Origin: a virus | Length of the DNA: 64,000 nt | Reading direction: 5' to 3' (one strand) | IMG/VR virus record: IMGVR_UViG_3300029922_000031 | Location: 1 to 64,000 of that record | Shown: positions 8,458 through 17,210 of the stretch, in pieces | Position numbering within the stretch: the first letter of the stretch is position 1 | How the letters are laid out: every line of letters starts with the position of its first letter | Notes under the pieces: generated by a model | What the model was told of the DNA's origin: nothing | The model's database searches: none | What the model saw: the letters and a program-made list of their open reading frames with translations, nothing else | Made by a program: the position numbers and the translations under genes

Positions 8458-8738
8458 CAGCTTGCGCTCTGTTGAGGAGTGGGACGAAGGAGCTCTCGGC
8501 CGAGCGACGTGATCATGCCGAACTGATCAATCAGCTTGGCCTCGTAGAGCAGCGGCAGGCCATCGATTCGGACCTTGGTGCCATCCTTCGATCGAAAAAT
8601 GCGACCGCCAACCTCCTCCATGAAGCCGACGTCCTTGCCCGGCTCGAAGGTGACGATCATCCGACCGGCGGCCAGGTGCTCCAGCAGCTCGATGGCGCCG
8701 CTCTCCTGCATGATCTCGTAGGCGAGGAGGTTGCTCAT
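8457..8738 (-). CDS. Hypothetical protein
   Basis: 93-aa ORF coupled to rtcB and the HD gene. Confidence 0.7.
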   Translation of the reverse strand: MSNLLAYEIMQESGAIELLEHLAAGRMIVTFEPGKDVGFMEEVGGRIFRSKDGTKVRIDGLPLLYEAKLIDQFGMITSLGRELLRPTPQQSAS

Positions 8739-10141
8739 GCGCGCGCCGCTCGCTTGGCGTCCCGCTTGATCCTCCAGGGCGCGTTGGCGGTGTTGTCGCC
8801 AGCCATGATGTTGCCGATCGGCTCGATGGTGTCGACGACCTCGGCGAGGCCAAACTCCTTGATCTGCCGGCGCGTCTCGTCGGCGTTCTTGTAGGCGGAG
8901 GGAAGCTCGGAGACGTCGGGAACGCCGCAGAAATAGCGCACGTCGATGCCGGGCGCCTCTTCGGCGATCATGTCCTCGACTGTCCGATGGGCGTTCTGGC
9001 CCATGAAGGCAGTACGGCTGAGATTGCGCCCTGCCCCGTGCGGCGCGAAGCCGAGACCGTTGATGGCGTCGAGCCCTTTCGTGATCAGGATCGGCTCGGC
9101 CATGTTGAGCGGAATGAGCGTGAAGCCGCTGGCGTCATAGGCGAAGTCCTTGAACGCAGGCGTCGCGCCTTTGGCGTGGTAGAACATGCCGTCCGATTTG
9201 CGGAAGACAAAATTGTGCTCGTTCCAGAAGCGATGCCAAATGGCATTCGGGTTCGGCCGAACGACGTCGTGAATCGCAAAGTGGCTGCGCTTCGTCCACT
9301 CCCGGATGATCTGCAACGCCTCCCAATAGTCCTGCCCATCCTGCGTTTCCGAGGGAATCCAGGCGTTGTGGGGCGCCGTCTCCGGCGACAGCTTGCGGCG
9401 GTACTCCTCCGCCACCTTCATGCCGGCCTTGTAGAGCATGGCGCCGGGGCCGCGCGATCCGTGGTGAGTGACAAGGGCGACTCTGCCGGTGCTGGCTTGC
9501 CGGCCCACGTAGAAGAAGTGGTTGCCGTCGCCCTGAGTGGCATTGTGTTCGATCGCCATACTGATCAATGGCTTAAGGAAGCGATTACCCTCAAAGCGAT
9601 TGAGAATGTCCCCGTCAACTGGAAACTGGAGACCGCGAGCACGACCGCCGGGGCCGAAGTGGCTAAGCTTCATCCCGTCGTCGAGCAGCCTGGTCGGATC
9701 CGTGTCCTGGTCGAACACGCTGATCGCCATCGAGCAGCAGATGTCCGCGGAGTGCATTCCCGGATGAATCGCCTCCTTGGTAACGACGACACCGCCAACG
9801 GGGATCGTGCCGAGTTGATGGCTTGCCGGGCAAGCGTCAGGCATGATGGCGCCGGCGAGGACGGTTGGCAGGCGCATGAGTTCATCCATGTGCTGACCGA
9901 CCTTGACCAGGTTCTCCCGCTCCAGATCGTTAGTTGGACGGAGGTTGGCGTACCAACCGGCTCGATTCTCGTGACTGCGCAGCGGCAGTGTGACCGCTGG
10001 TGGACCGCCGGCGTAGCGATCAAGACAGGCTCGAGCCTCGGCTTCGGTCATTTCGATGTCGCCGAACTCGTAGATCGCCTCTTTCCACCAGCTCGCGCCC
10101 TTGTAGCCGAGATTCTTGATCGTCTGCCCGGTGATCCTCAT
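8735..10141 (-). CDS. rtcB: RtcB-family RNA ligase
   Basis: MPDACP, IPVGGV, ADICCSM, GDGNHF, HHGSRG, HNF, HAKGATPA, HGAGR, ELPSAYK motifs. Confidence 0.93.
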   Translation of the reverse strand: MRITGQTIKNLGYKGASWWKEAIYEFGDIEMTEAEARACLDRYAGGPPAVTLPLRSHENRAGWYANLRPTNDLERENLVKVGQHMDELMRLPTVLAGAIMPDACPASHQLGTIPVGGVVVTKEAIHPGMHSADICCSMAISVFDQDTDPTRLLDDGMKLSHFGPGGRARGLQFPVDGDILNRFEGNRFLKPLISMAIEHNATQGDGNHFFYVGRQASTGRVALVTHHGSRGPGAMLYKAGMKVAEEYRRKLSPETAPHNAWIPSETQDGQDYWEALQIIREWTKRSHFAIHDVVRPNPNAIWHRFWNEHNFVFRKSDGMFYHAKGATPAFKDFAYDASGFTLIPLNMAEPILITKGLDAINGLGFAPHGAGRNLSRTAFMGQNAHRTVEDMIAEEAPGIDVRYFCGVPDVSELPSAYKNADETRRQIKEFGLAEVVDTIEPIGNIMAGDNTANAPWRIKRDAKRAARA

Positions 10142-10353
10142 TTGGTCTCCTCGCCGACGAGCTGATAGCGGCTGTTGCGGGTCTCGATCCCACCAAAACC
10201 GTCGGTTGCGACGACGAAGCTGGTGTGAAACCCTCGCTCGCCCGCGTAATACGGGTGATCGAGTGACTTGCCGTAGATCATATAACCGAGGCCGCCGTCG
10301 CACTCCACCTTTCGCCAGTTGACGATTCGGCCCAGAAAGGGTTTGTCATTCAT
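10138..10353 (-). CDS. Small phage protein
   Basis: HP...HTSFVV...IETRNSRYQL pattern common in phage proteins. Confidence 0.7.
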   Translation of the reverse strand: MNDKPFLGRIVNWRKVECDGGLGYMIYGKSLDHPYYAGERGFHTSFVVATDGFGGIETRNSRYQLVGEETK

Positions 10354-10376
10354 AGTGTGCCTCGCTTGTGTGCTGA

Positions 10377-10426
10377 TGATCTATAATGACGCGCGAATAG
10401 TTGATCTATAATGACGCGCGAATAGT
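10377..10426. repeat. 25-bp perfect tandem duplication
   Basis: tgatctataatgacgcgcgaatagt x2. Confidence 0.95.
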
Positions 10427-11331
10427 TGGTTGTCGGGTGGCGACCACTGGCATTCGCCTGGCAAGGTCTTGCGGTATTGAACCCACCCTGCCCCTAGATT
10501 CCCGCCGAGCTCCGGATTCGCCCATCTCGGCTCACACATCTCGTCGACTTGCCAGGGCTCGTCCGCCTTCGCCTGGTGTTCGCAGGGCGAAGCGTGGAGC
10601 GGCACGCTGGCGACGAGCTTGTCGTGGAGAGCGATGGCGCGTTCGAGCGTCATGTCGAAGCCCTCGATCGTTTTGTAGCTTGTCGAGGCGCACCGGGCGA
10701 CGGAGAGCTTGATGGCGTTGCTCAAGGCTTCCCCGTTGAGATCGTAGACCGGCTCGTCCAGCGAGTTCACCGGCTCGACAAACGGCAGATGCCACTGCCC
10801 CGGCTGAAGGGTCTGAACGTAGGCGCCGTCGATTGCTTTGCGGACCTCGCGCGCCAGCATCGCGATGTGAGGCTCGGCCGCCGGATGATCCCGCAAGGCG
10901 AGAAAATTCGACCACTGCGTCCCCGTCACGACGACGGTAATGTGAGCGTAGGGCTCGTAGACGCGGTTGACGATCTGCTTGTGGGCGCCGACGCCAGCCA
11001 GGCGCTTCGCGTGGATCAGAGCAGCATTCATCGCCTGCTCCCAAATTACCTTCGCGTCGCGGATTTCGCGCTCGGACATTTCCTCCGTCGCCTGCATCCC
11101 CTTCTGGTTCTTGCCCCAGAACAGCGGAACGAAGGGATCATCGACGACGGCCTTAATCAGCTTGTCGACGGGGATAGCGCGCGACGACGAGGCGTTGCGG
11201 CCGAAGACCCGGTGGGTCATGAATTCGCTGTGGATGCACCGCGGATAGCGCAGAAGAAGGGTATCGACGCGCTTGCTCAGGTCGTTAGCGTGGCGCGAGG
11301 CGAGAATGCTGGTCGCGGTGATCGTTGTCAT
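10381..11331 (-). CDS. thyX: Flavin-dependent thymidylate synthase
   Basis: IHSEFMTHRVFGRNASSSRAIP, HKQIVNR, NFLALRDHP, HASPCEHQA. Confidence 0.9.
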   Translation of the reverse strand: MTTITATSILASRHANDLSKRVDTLLLRYPRCIHSEFMTHRVFGRNASSSRAIPVDKLIKAVVDDPFVPLFWGKNQKGMQATEEMSEREIRDAKVIWEQAMNAALIHAKRLAGVGAHKQIVNRVYEPYAHITVVVTGTQWSNFLALRDHPAAEPHIAMLAREVRKAIDGAYVQTLQPGQWHLPFVEPVNSLDEPVYDLNGEALSNAIKLSVARCASTSYKTIEGFDMTLERAIALHDKLVASVPLHASPCEHQAKADEPWQVDEMCEPRWANPELGGNLGAGWVQYRKTLPGECQWSPPDNQLFARHYRSTIRASL

Positions 11332-11406
11332 ATTGATGCTATCTCCAGAAGTAGCGAAGGGGCAAAGTCGCCCCTTCGTAGTGCTCGGACTTCGCGAAGT
11401 TGGAGC

Positions 11407-11853
11407 TTACGCCGTCAGGACGTCGTCCCCGGTCTTGCTTGCGCCGCCGGTAGCTTCCAGCATCGCCTTTCGGGCTTCCCTGCCCGCCTTCAGCGCTTTG
11501 CCGGCCGCAATCCGGGTCTGCGCAGCGACGATGGCAGCCTGAAGCTCCTTCTCGGCGTCGTTGGACGAGAGGGATTCGATGCCGTCGATACCGAGCTCCA
11601 GGTCGCTCGCCCAGATGTCGAACATCTGAACGAGGAAGCGTTCGGCCTTGTTGAGCTTCTTGGTGGTCTCGGCGTGGTCCAGGATCTCCTGGTCGTAGGC
11701 GGCCGACAGGTCGGCGTATTCGAGGTTATGGGCCTCGAGTTCCGTCTCGAGTGCAAGGATGCGATCGCCGACGGTCTCTTCGGCGGGCGCGGCGTCGTCC
11801 GTGATCGGCACGAGCGAGGCGGTTTCTTCGGTCTGAAAAGTGGTATCGGTCAT
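11407..11853 (-). CDS. Coiled-coil hypothetical protein
   Basis: 148-aa ORF, AAGGA RBS. Confidence 0.75.
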   Translation of the reverse strand: MTDTTFQTEETASLVPITDDAAPAEETVGDRILALETELEAHNLEYADLSAAYDQEILDHAETTKKLNKAERFLVQMFDIWASDLELGIDGIESLSSNDAEKELQAAIVAAQTRIAAGKALKAGREARKAMLEATGGASKTGDDVLTA

Positions 11854-11904
11854 GTTGTTTCCTTGTTGCAGTCAGTGCTGATTGACGACGGTAGGCAAAT
11901 AAAA

Positions 11905-12309
11905 TCACTTGTTGCGTTTCACGATAAAGCGAACCGTAGAAGCGCTCCATTCTAGCGAGCGAAAAGGCTTGACCCTCCCACGATTATTAAGCTCTGCGGC
12001 CATCGCCTCGTAGCTCAACTCACCCTTCTCTACTAGGATCGCACGAATCTCGGCTATCACTAGACGATGCCGAGCCTTCATGCGAGTCTGCGAGACCTCC
12101 GCGGCGATCTTGCGAACCTCCGCCAGAGGCTTGTAGCTCTGCCCGCGCGCAATCTTTACTCGGTCGAGAGCGAACTTTGCGGCGCGACGCAGGTCGACAA
12201 GCTGCTGGTAGAGATCCGCTTTACGAAGATCAAGATCGAGAACTCGCTGGGCGACCTTACGGAGCCTGTCGATTTCCCTTTCGAGATCAATGGTTTCGGT
12301 CTCAGCCAC
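11905..12309 (-). CDS. Protein with C-terminal recombinase-type HTH
   Basis: LSYEAMAAELNNRG...WSASTVRFIV. Confidence 0.6.
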   Translation of the reverse strand: MAETETIDLEREIDRLRKVAQRVLDLDLRKADLYQQLVDLRRAAKFALDRVKIARGQSYKPLAEVRKIAAEVSQTRMKARHRLVIAEIRAILVEKGELSYEAMAAELNNRGRVKPFRSLEWSASTVRFIVKRNK

Positions 12310-12373
12310 CCTGCCCTCTTTCTGAGTCAACGCTCGCTGACTTTCTCTGTTATAGCGCTCACGACGCGGGACG

Positions 12374-12670
12374 CTAGTGCATTGACGCGATATTGAGAAT
12401 CTTGTCCCCCACGATCTTGGGATCGTTCGCCATCGTGACCAAAAGGTGCATGATCGCGGGAATTTGCAGCGCGACGGACAGCGCCTGAAGAATCTGGCCT
12501 TGCTCGACCTGGCGGGGTGTCAGGGCCGCCGGGTCAATTTCGCCGGTCGAGAACACGGAGAAACCCCCTTCTCTCTTCAGGACGATGCCAGCGTCGCCGG
12601 CTTCGATCGGGCGGCTCAGAATGTTCTCGACTTCCAACAAGGCTTCCATCTGTGCGTATTCCTTTTGCAT
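12374..12670 (-). CDS. Hypothetical protein
   Basis: 98-aa ORF downstream of promoter 12705; start could be 12649. Confidence 0.65.
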   Translation of the reverse strand: MQKEYAQMEALLEVENILSRPIEAGDAGIVLKREGGFSVFSTGEIDPAALTPRQVEQGQILQALSVALQIPAIMHLLVTMANDPKIVGDKILNIASMH

Positions 12671-12743
12671 GAAATTTCAATGAAATTGACGACTACGTTA
12701 TTGATATAGCGTGCCTATCTTGATTAGAACGAGGAAAATGCGC

Positions 12744-12932
12744 TCAGTGAACGACGACCTGAGCCGAGCCGGTCGGGTGGCCCTTCGCCAGTTTGCGCGC
12801 GAAAGCGACCGCCTCTTTCTTGGTGAATAGCTTGGCGCTGACGATAGCGCCAAAGACGTGATCCGTGAAGCGGTGGAGAACTCGCCAGAAACCGTCTGTG
12901 TTTTTGTAGACCTCGTAGATGTGGTACGCCAT
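12744..12932 (-). CDS. Small DUF2188-like protein
   Basis: W..V...SAKLFTKKEAVAFARKLAK...QVVVH. Confidence 0.55.
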   Translation of the reverse strand: MAYHIYEVYKNTDGFWRVLHRFTDHVFGAIVSAKLFTKKEAVAFARKLAKGHPTGSAQVVVH

Positions 12933-13004
12933 AGCGAAGCTCCAAAGTACGAGTGATCGAGCGCGCGGACTTCGCGAAGCGGCGAAGGACGAACGTACGG
13001 ACGT

Positions 13005-13316
13005 TCAGTCTTCCAGAAGCTCGAACAGCCGATTGCCGCGAAGGACGATCTTCCGGACTATCGAGGGTGGCGACAAGCCGAAGTCCGAGGGGTCGAGCGT
13101 CCGAAGTTCGAGAATATCGTGCATGGCGATAGATCGAATTAGCGAAGCGCTGACGCGCGTCAATTCTGCGTGCTGCAATGTAACGTCGCGCTCGATCCCG
13201 TCGCTCAGCGACGTGCTAATTGAATCCCCGCGAGCGTTCGCGCGTTCGACAGTCTGATCGTTCGAAAGTTCGAGCTTCGGGAAGATCGATAGTCCGGACT
13301 TCGCGACGTCGGACAT
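13005..13316 (-). CDS. Hypothetical protein
   Basis: TAATG overlap with upstream gene. Confidence 0.6.
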   Translation of the reverse strand: MSDVAKSGLSIFPKLELSNDQTVERANARGDSISTSLSDGIERDVTLQHAELTRVSASLIRSIAMHDILELRTLDPSDFGLSPPSIVRKIVLRGNRLFELLED

Positions 13317-13732
13317 TAGAACATGCCCCACTGGTGCGAGCGAAACGCGGAAGGGGAGGGGGCCGCTTCGGGCTCCGGATCCTCGGCGATCTCGGTCTGG
13401 GCGACGGCTTCGTCGATGAGGATCTCCTCGCCAGAAAGCTCCATGCGCCTGAAAATGATGGCGAGATTTACGTGCAGGCGATGCCTCATCATCAAGTCGT
13501 AGGCGTAGTTCGCCTGTTTCTCGGTCAGAATGCTTGAGGCGCTGACCCGGAGACGATTCGCCATATCACGTAAGACCTCGAAATCCTTACGCTTTCCCGA
13601 GACGGGATCGGCGAAGAAAGCCTCGGCGTTCAACAGCCGAAGGGCGTAGCTAATGTTGGCGATACGGGTAGGCGACTGATCCTGAAGGACTCTGAAAACG
13701 TCGGAGTCGCGCCATAACCTTGCAGCGGCCAT
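13316..13732 (-). CDS. Hypothetical protein ending HQWGMF
   Basis: 138-aa ORF; C-terminal WGxF motif. Confidence 0.7.
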   Translation of the reverse strand: MAAARLWRDSDVFRVLQDQSPTRIANISYALRLLNAEAFFADPVSGKRKDFEVLRDMANRLRVSASSILTEKQANYAYDLMMRHRLHVNLAIIFRRMELSGEEILIDEAVAQTEIAEDPEPEAAPSPSAFRSHQWGMF

Positions 13733-13808
13733 AATTCGCCCTTTCGGAAAGTAGTAAATTCGCGAAAGGGCGACTTAGCCCTTTCGCTATGTTCGGACTT
13801 CGCGAAGC

Positions 13809-14540
13809 TCAGAGCGCCGCGAGCTTGTCGGCGAGGACGGAGTTCGGACGAATGGTGAGCGTGTTGCCGCTGCGATCGGCGATGCCGAGCACGTCGAACA
13901 AGTGCATGATCTGGCCAGCCTGCGAGCGAGCCGTGCCCAGAGCCTTGCCGGAGCCGCCCTTCGTGGTGCTGGCGGTGATCGCCGCCATCAGGTCCGTCGA
14001 CTTGACGGTGCCGGCGGCTTTGAGCGTCTTGAAGCAATCCATGACGTAGACGCTCGGACGCTTGCCGGCGGCGAGGGCCATCAGGATGTTGTCGAACTTC
14101 TCGGCGATCTTGACCTGCGTCGGGCGCAGGGTGAGAACGGCCGCCTTGTTCGCGTCGAGGTCCGCCGGAGCTTCGTCGGTCAGGATGAATGCCTCGTTGG
14201 GCAGGGCGTTGATGTCGCGCGCGGCGCGCGGTGTGCCGGGGACCTTCGGAGTCCGGGGCGTCTTGGCGGCCTTCGTCGGGGCAGGGGCCTCGTCCGCAGC
14301 GACGATCGGCTCGCCGGCGGGCTGCTCCTCGTAGACCTCGGAGCGCGCGATCGCGGCTTCGAGCTGGCGCTCTTGCTCGGGGTCCAGCTCGGTGATCTCC
14401 TCGACCGGCGTCTCGATCTCCTCGACAGCGGAGGCTTCGACGATGGTCGGGTCGAGCTCCATGTCGCCGAGGATGCTCTCGATGCTTTCGAGTTCGGCGA
14501 CGTTGATGGGCGCGTTCATGCTCGTTCCGATGTTGCTCAT
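13809..14540 (-). CDS. Protein with acidic N-terminus and probable winged-helix C-terminus
   Basis: 243-aa ORF, AGGAG RBS, strong codon bias. Confidence 0.75.
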   Translation of the reverse strand: MSNIGTSMNAPINVAELESIESILGDMELDPTIVEASAVEEIETPVEEITELDPEQERQLEAAIARSEVYEEQPAGEPIVAADEAPAPTKAAKTPRTPKVPGTPRAARDINALPNEAFILTDEAPADLDANKAAVLTLRPTQVKIAEKFDNILMALAAGKRPSVYVMDCFKTLKAAGTVKSTDLMAAITASTTKGGSGKALGTARSQAGQIMHLFDVLGIADRSGNTLTIRPNSVLADKLAAL

Positions 14541-14658
14541 AGTGTAGCTCCTGTGTTTCGAATGTCTGTTGCGAGCTTAGCTTTGCGTTTGCTCGATAAT
14601 GAGAGAATAGCGCAAGCCCTGATGGGTGTCGGTAGGCAACGAAAGGAGAAGGTTGGGT

Positions 14659-14925
14659 TTAGATCGTTGCTTTGCGCGTTCGGTCTTCATTGATATGGCC
14701 TACGAGGCCCAGCAGAAGAATGCCAGCAGTCGATAATACGAAGGCCAGCATCCCCATGACTAACAGGCCAAGGCCGCTCAGCACGACGAGGATGGGCAGA
14801 ATCACGTTGGCGACGAAGCGCGTGGGTGCCCAGCCGACCGCGACCTTGAGCGCTACGGCGACGGAATTGAACCAACTGGCGTTACGCTCATAGGTCACGC
14901 GGGGCAGGGTGATCTTTATGTTCAC
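14659..14925 (-). CDS. Small membrane protein
   Basis: Long hydrophobic stretch; GTGA overlap. Confidence 0.65.
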   Translation of the reverse strand: MNIKITLPRVTYERNASWFNSVAVALKVAVGWAPTRFVANVILPILVVLSGLGLLVMGMLAFVLSTAGILLLGLVGHINEDRTRKATI

Positions 14926-15467
14926 ACAGTCTCCTTGGGTAGTTCGAACCACTTCCAGTCACACCCGCGGAAGAAGCACTCGACCATTACCTCAACATCG
15001 TAGCTGGCGGCGTGGGCCTTCGCAGGGTCGTAGGGAACGTCGCAGGCGAAGCACAGCTCGCCAAGGTTGGGTAGCTTGCCGTTGGGCGTCGCCCATCTCC
15101 CCGAGAGCATCGTGTCGAAGCTCGGCGTGGTGATCAGCGGGAAGCCGCAGCGCTTGAGCTCCTGATTGAGGTAGGGCACGTCGAAGCCGTCGCCGTTGTG
15201 GGCGACGATTAGATCCGCATCGCCAAGAAAGGTGATCAAGTGCGGCGCGATGGCGTGGAACGTCGGCTTACCGATCAGATCCGAGGCGCTGATGCCATGA
15301 ACGCGCTGTGCGTCGGCAGCGATCGAGCGCTCAGGGTTGATCCGGTATTCCAGCACGCGCTCGCGCTTGTGAGTGTCAAAGTCCCACAATCCAGCGTATA
15401 CCTCAATGATTCTGTGGTCAGGCGTAAAGAGCCCGGTCGTTTCAGTGTCTAGGCCGACGATCTTCAT
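14922..15467 (-). CDS. dnaQ: DEDDh 3'-5' exonuclease (DNA pol III epsilon-like)
   Basis: LDTETTG, VAHNGDGFD, HAASYDV. Confidence 0.9.
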   Translation of the reverse strand: MKIVGLDTETTGLFTPDHRIIEVYAGLWDFDTHKRERVLEYRINPERSIAADAQRVHGISASDLIGKPTFHAIAPHLITFLGDADLIVAHNGDGFDVPYLNQELKRCGFPLITTPSFDTMLSGRWATPNGKLPNLGELCFACDVPYDPAKAHAASYDVEVMVECFFRGCDWKWFELPKETV

Positions 15468-15805
15468 TTCTCGATCGCCGCCTTGTTGACGATGCGCAGG
15501 TTCGACATACCAGCAATAGAGTGCCAGATTCGCGAGTCGAGGGTAGCGTCGGCGAGGCGAACGCCGATATAGCCACCGTCAATGCCAATCACGAGCCATT
15601 CGGTTGAGCCCGTTCCCCAAGTGATCGTCTGACCGATCTTAGGCTTGAAGAGCGCCGGCCGATGCTCGACGATCTCGTGGACGCCAATATCGAACAGCGC
15701 CCCACCAGAGAGCCGCAGCGTAATGCCAGTGTCCCTCATTTTTGTGACCACGCCGGCGATCAGCACGGTGTCGCCGACCTGAATGTTCTCGATTTCGAAG
15801 ATCAT
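15464..15805 (-). CDS. Hypothetical protein
   Basis: AGGAG RBS, ATGA overlaps. Confidence 0.7.
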   Translation of the reverse strand: MIFEIENIQVGDTVLIAGVVTKMRDTGITLRLSGGALFDIGVHEIVEHRPALFKPKIGQTITWGTGSTEWLVIGIDGGYIGVRLADATLDSRIWHSIAGMSNLRIVNKAAIEK

Positions 15806-16173
15806 TGCTGCTCCTCTGCCCAACGCGAGCGCTCGCCCCTATGGGCATCGTGGCCACGAAAGACCGTGTATTCGCCGTCGTGGTTTCGGGCGTGGTAGTG
15901 TGAGTCTGGATATTGCGACGCCTTGTACATCGCCTGCTTGTGCGTTGTGCCGAGCCAGCCGAACCACTTGTTGATCCAGGCGATCACCAGTTGGAAGCGG
16001 ATGCTGTCCGCGTAGTCGCGCGCAGTCAGCATGTTCACCTGGCATCTGGGGCAGGGGTAGCCGATCAGATTTGGCCCGAAGGGTAGGGGCTGCGGTAGAT
16101 CGTAGCCGCAGGCGTCGCAGTGCAGCTTGCCGCGCTGGTCGTCGAGGATGTGAATGAGCTTGCGGTCGCCCAT
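15802..16173 (-). CDS. Zn-ribbon protein
   Basis: CDAC...CPRC. Confidence 0.7.
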   Translation of the reverse strand: MGDRKLIHILDDQRGKLHCDACGYDLPQPLPFGPNLIGYPCPRCQVNMLTARDYADSIRFQLVIAWINKWFGWLGTTHKQAMYKASQYPDSHYHARNHDGEYTVFRGHDAHRGERSRWAEEQQ

Positions 16174-16175
16174 CG

Positions 16176-16991
16176 TCAGACCTCCCACTCGAATGGGACG
16201 CAATCGAGGCGGTAGTTGACGGCGTTTTTAGCGGCTTTATCCGCCTCGGCTCGCGTCGGCCAGGAGGCCGCCGTGCCAGTGCGGTAGACGTTGATCCAGC
16301 CGATCTTTTTGACCTTCGGCTTGGCCTTGACGCCGGGCGCGGGCCGCAGACCTGGCAGCTTGTTCCGCTTCCAAACGGCGTCTCCTCGCTCCAAATCGAC
16401 CCACAGCTTCTCGGCCGACACGCCCAACACCTTGTAACTGTGCGTTCCGTCTCCCCAGGTGATCGTCTGGCCGACCTTCGGCTCGAAAGGCTCGGCTTTC
16501 GGGGCAGTCGCGGCGAACTCGATGGTCCCGCAAACCATACCCATCGAGCTTGAGGCGCTGTCTCTGTTCATCCCGCTGAATGAGGTTGTTCCGCCGCCGC
16601 TACCGGCAGCGGTGGCGAGGCCGGCGATCGAGCGCTCGGCTCCGCCGAACGTTACGTCTTTGGGCTTCGCAGCCCTCTCCAGTCGATCGAGCCGGTCGGT
16701 CGTATTGGAGTTTCGAGCGAGCGCGCCATTCTGAGCTCGTTCGAAGTCGGCGCGATGATTCTTGAGCGCGTCTTCCAGCCTGACGAAGCGATCGATCAGC
16801 GCGTTGTACCGATTCTGAACTCTCGTAAAGCCAGTCTTGAGCGTATCTTCCAGTTGGCAGGTGCGCTTTTCGAGCGTCTCGTACCGATCTTGAACGAGGC
16901 GCAGCACCGCGACGGTTTCGGGATGCTGAACGTCGAACACGGCGACGGGCGCCGGCTTCGCTTTGGTTTTACGCTTCACGGGGGCCTTCAT
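16176..16991 (-). CDS. Hypothetical mosaic protein (coiled coil + small beta domain)
   Basis: 271-aa ORF, AAGGAG RBS. Confidence 0.7.
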   Translation of the reverse strand: MKAPVKRKTKAKPAPVAVFDVQHPETVAVLRLVQDRYETLEKRTCQLEDTLKTGFTRVQNRYNALIDRFVRLEDALKNHRADFERAQNGALARNSNTTDRLDRLERAAKPKDVTFGGAERSIAGLATAAGSGGGTTSFSGMNRDSASSSMGMVCGTIEFAATAPKAEPFEPKVGQTITWGDGTHSYKVLGVSAEKLWVDLERGDAVWKRNKLPGLRPAPGVKAKPKVKKIGWINVYRTGTAASWPTRAEADKAAKNAVNYRLDCVPFEWEV

Positions 16992-17197
16992 CGCAGTAGC
17001 TCCTTCGAGATAGTGTTGATGACGTCGAGGCAGTCCCAGGGAACTAGACCGGAGACCGTGTCGTATAGAGAGTCGACGATTAGGCGTAGAGTTGTCTCAT
17101 CGTACTTGCCGTCGACTACGCATTCATGGACGCGACTTTCGAGGACGGTCAGAACCTTGCGGCTCAACTCATCCGAGTGCGATGCCCATTCGCTCAT
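16988..17197 (-). CDS. Hypothetical protein
   Basis: 69-aa ORF, ATGA overlap. Confidence 0.65.
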   Translation of the reverse strand: MSEWASHSDELSRKVLTVLESRVHECVVDGKYDETTLRLIVDSLYDTVSGLVPWDCLDVINTISKELLR

Positions 17198-17210
17198 GGC
17201 CGTCTCAGCC

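Larger units (their letters stand above)
11386..13807. repeat. CGGACTTCGCGA(AG) motif, 4 copies (plus a related copy at 35672)
   Basis: 11386, 12966, 13295, 13794; core palindrome CTTCGCGAAG. Confidence 0.8.
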
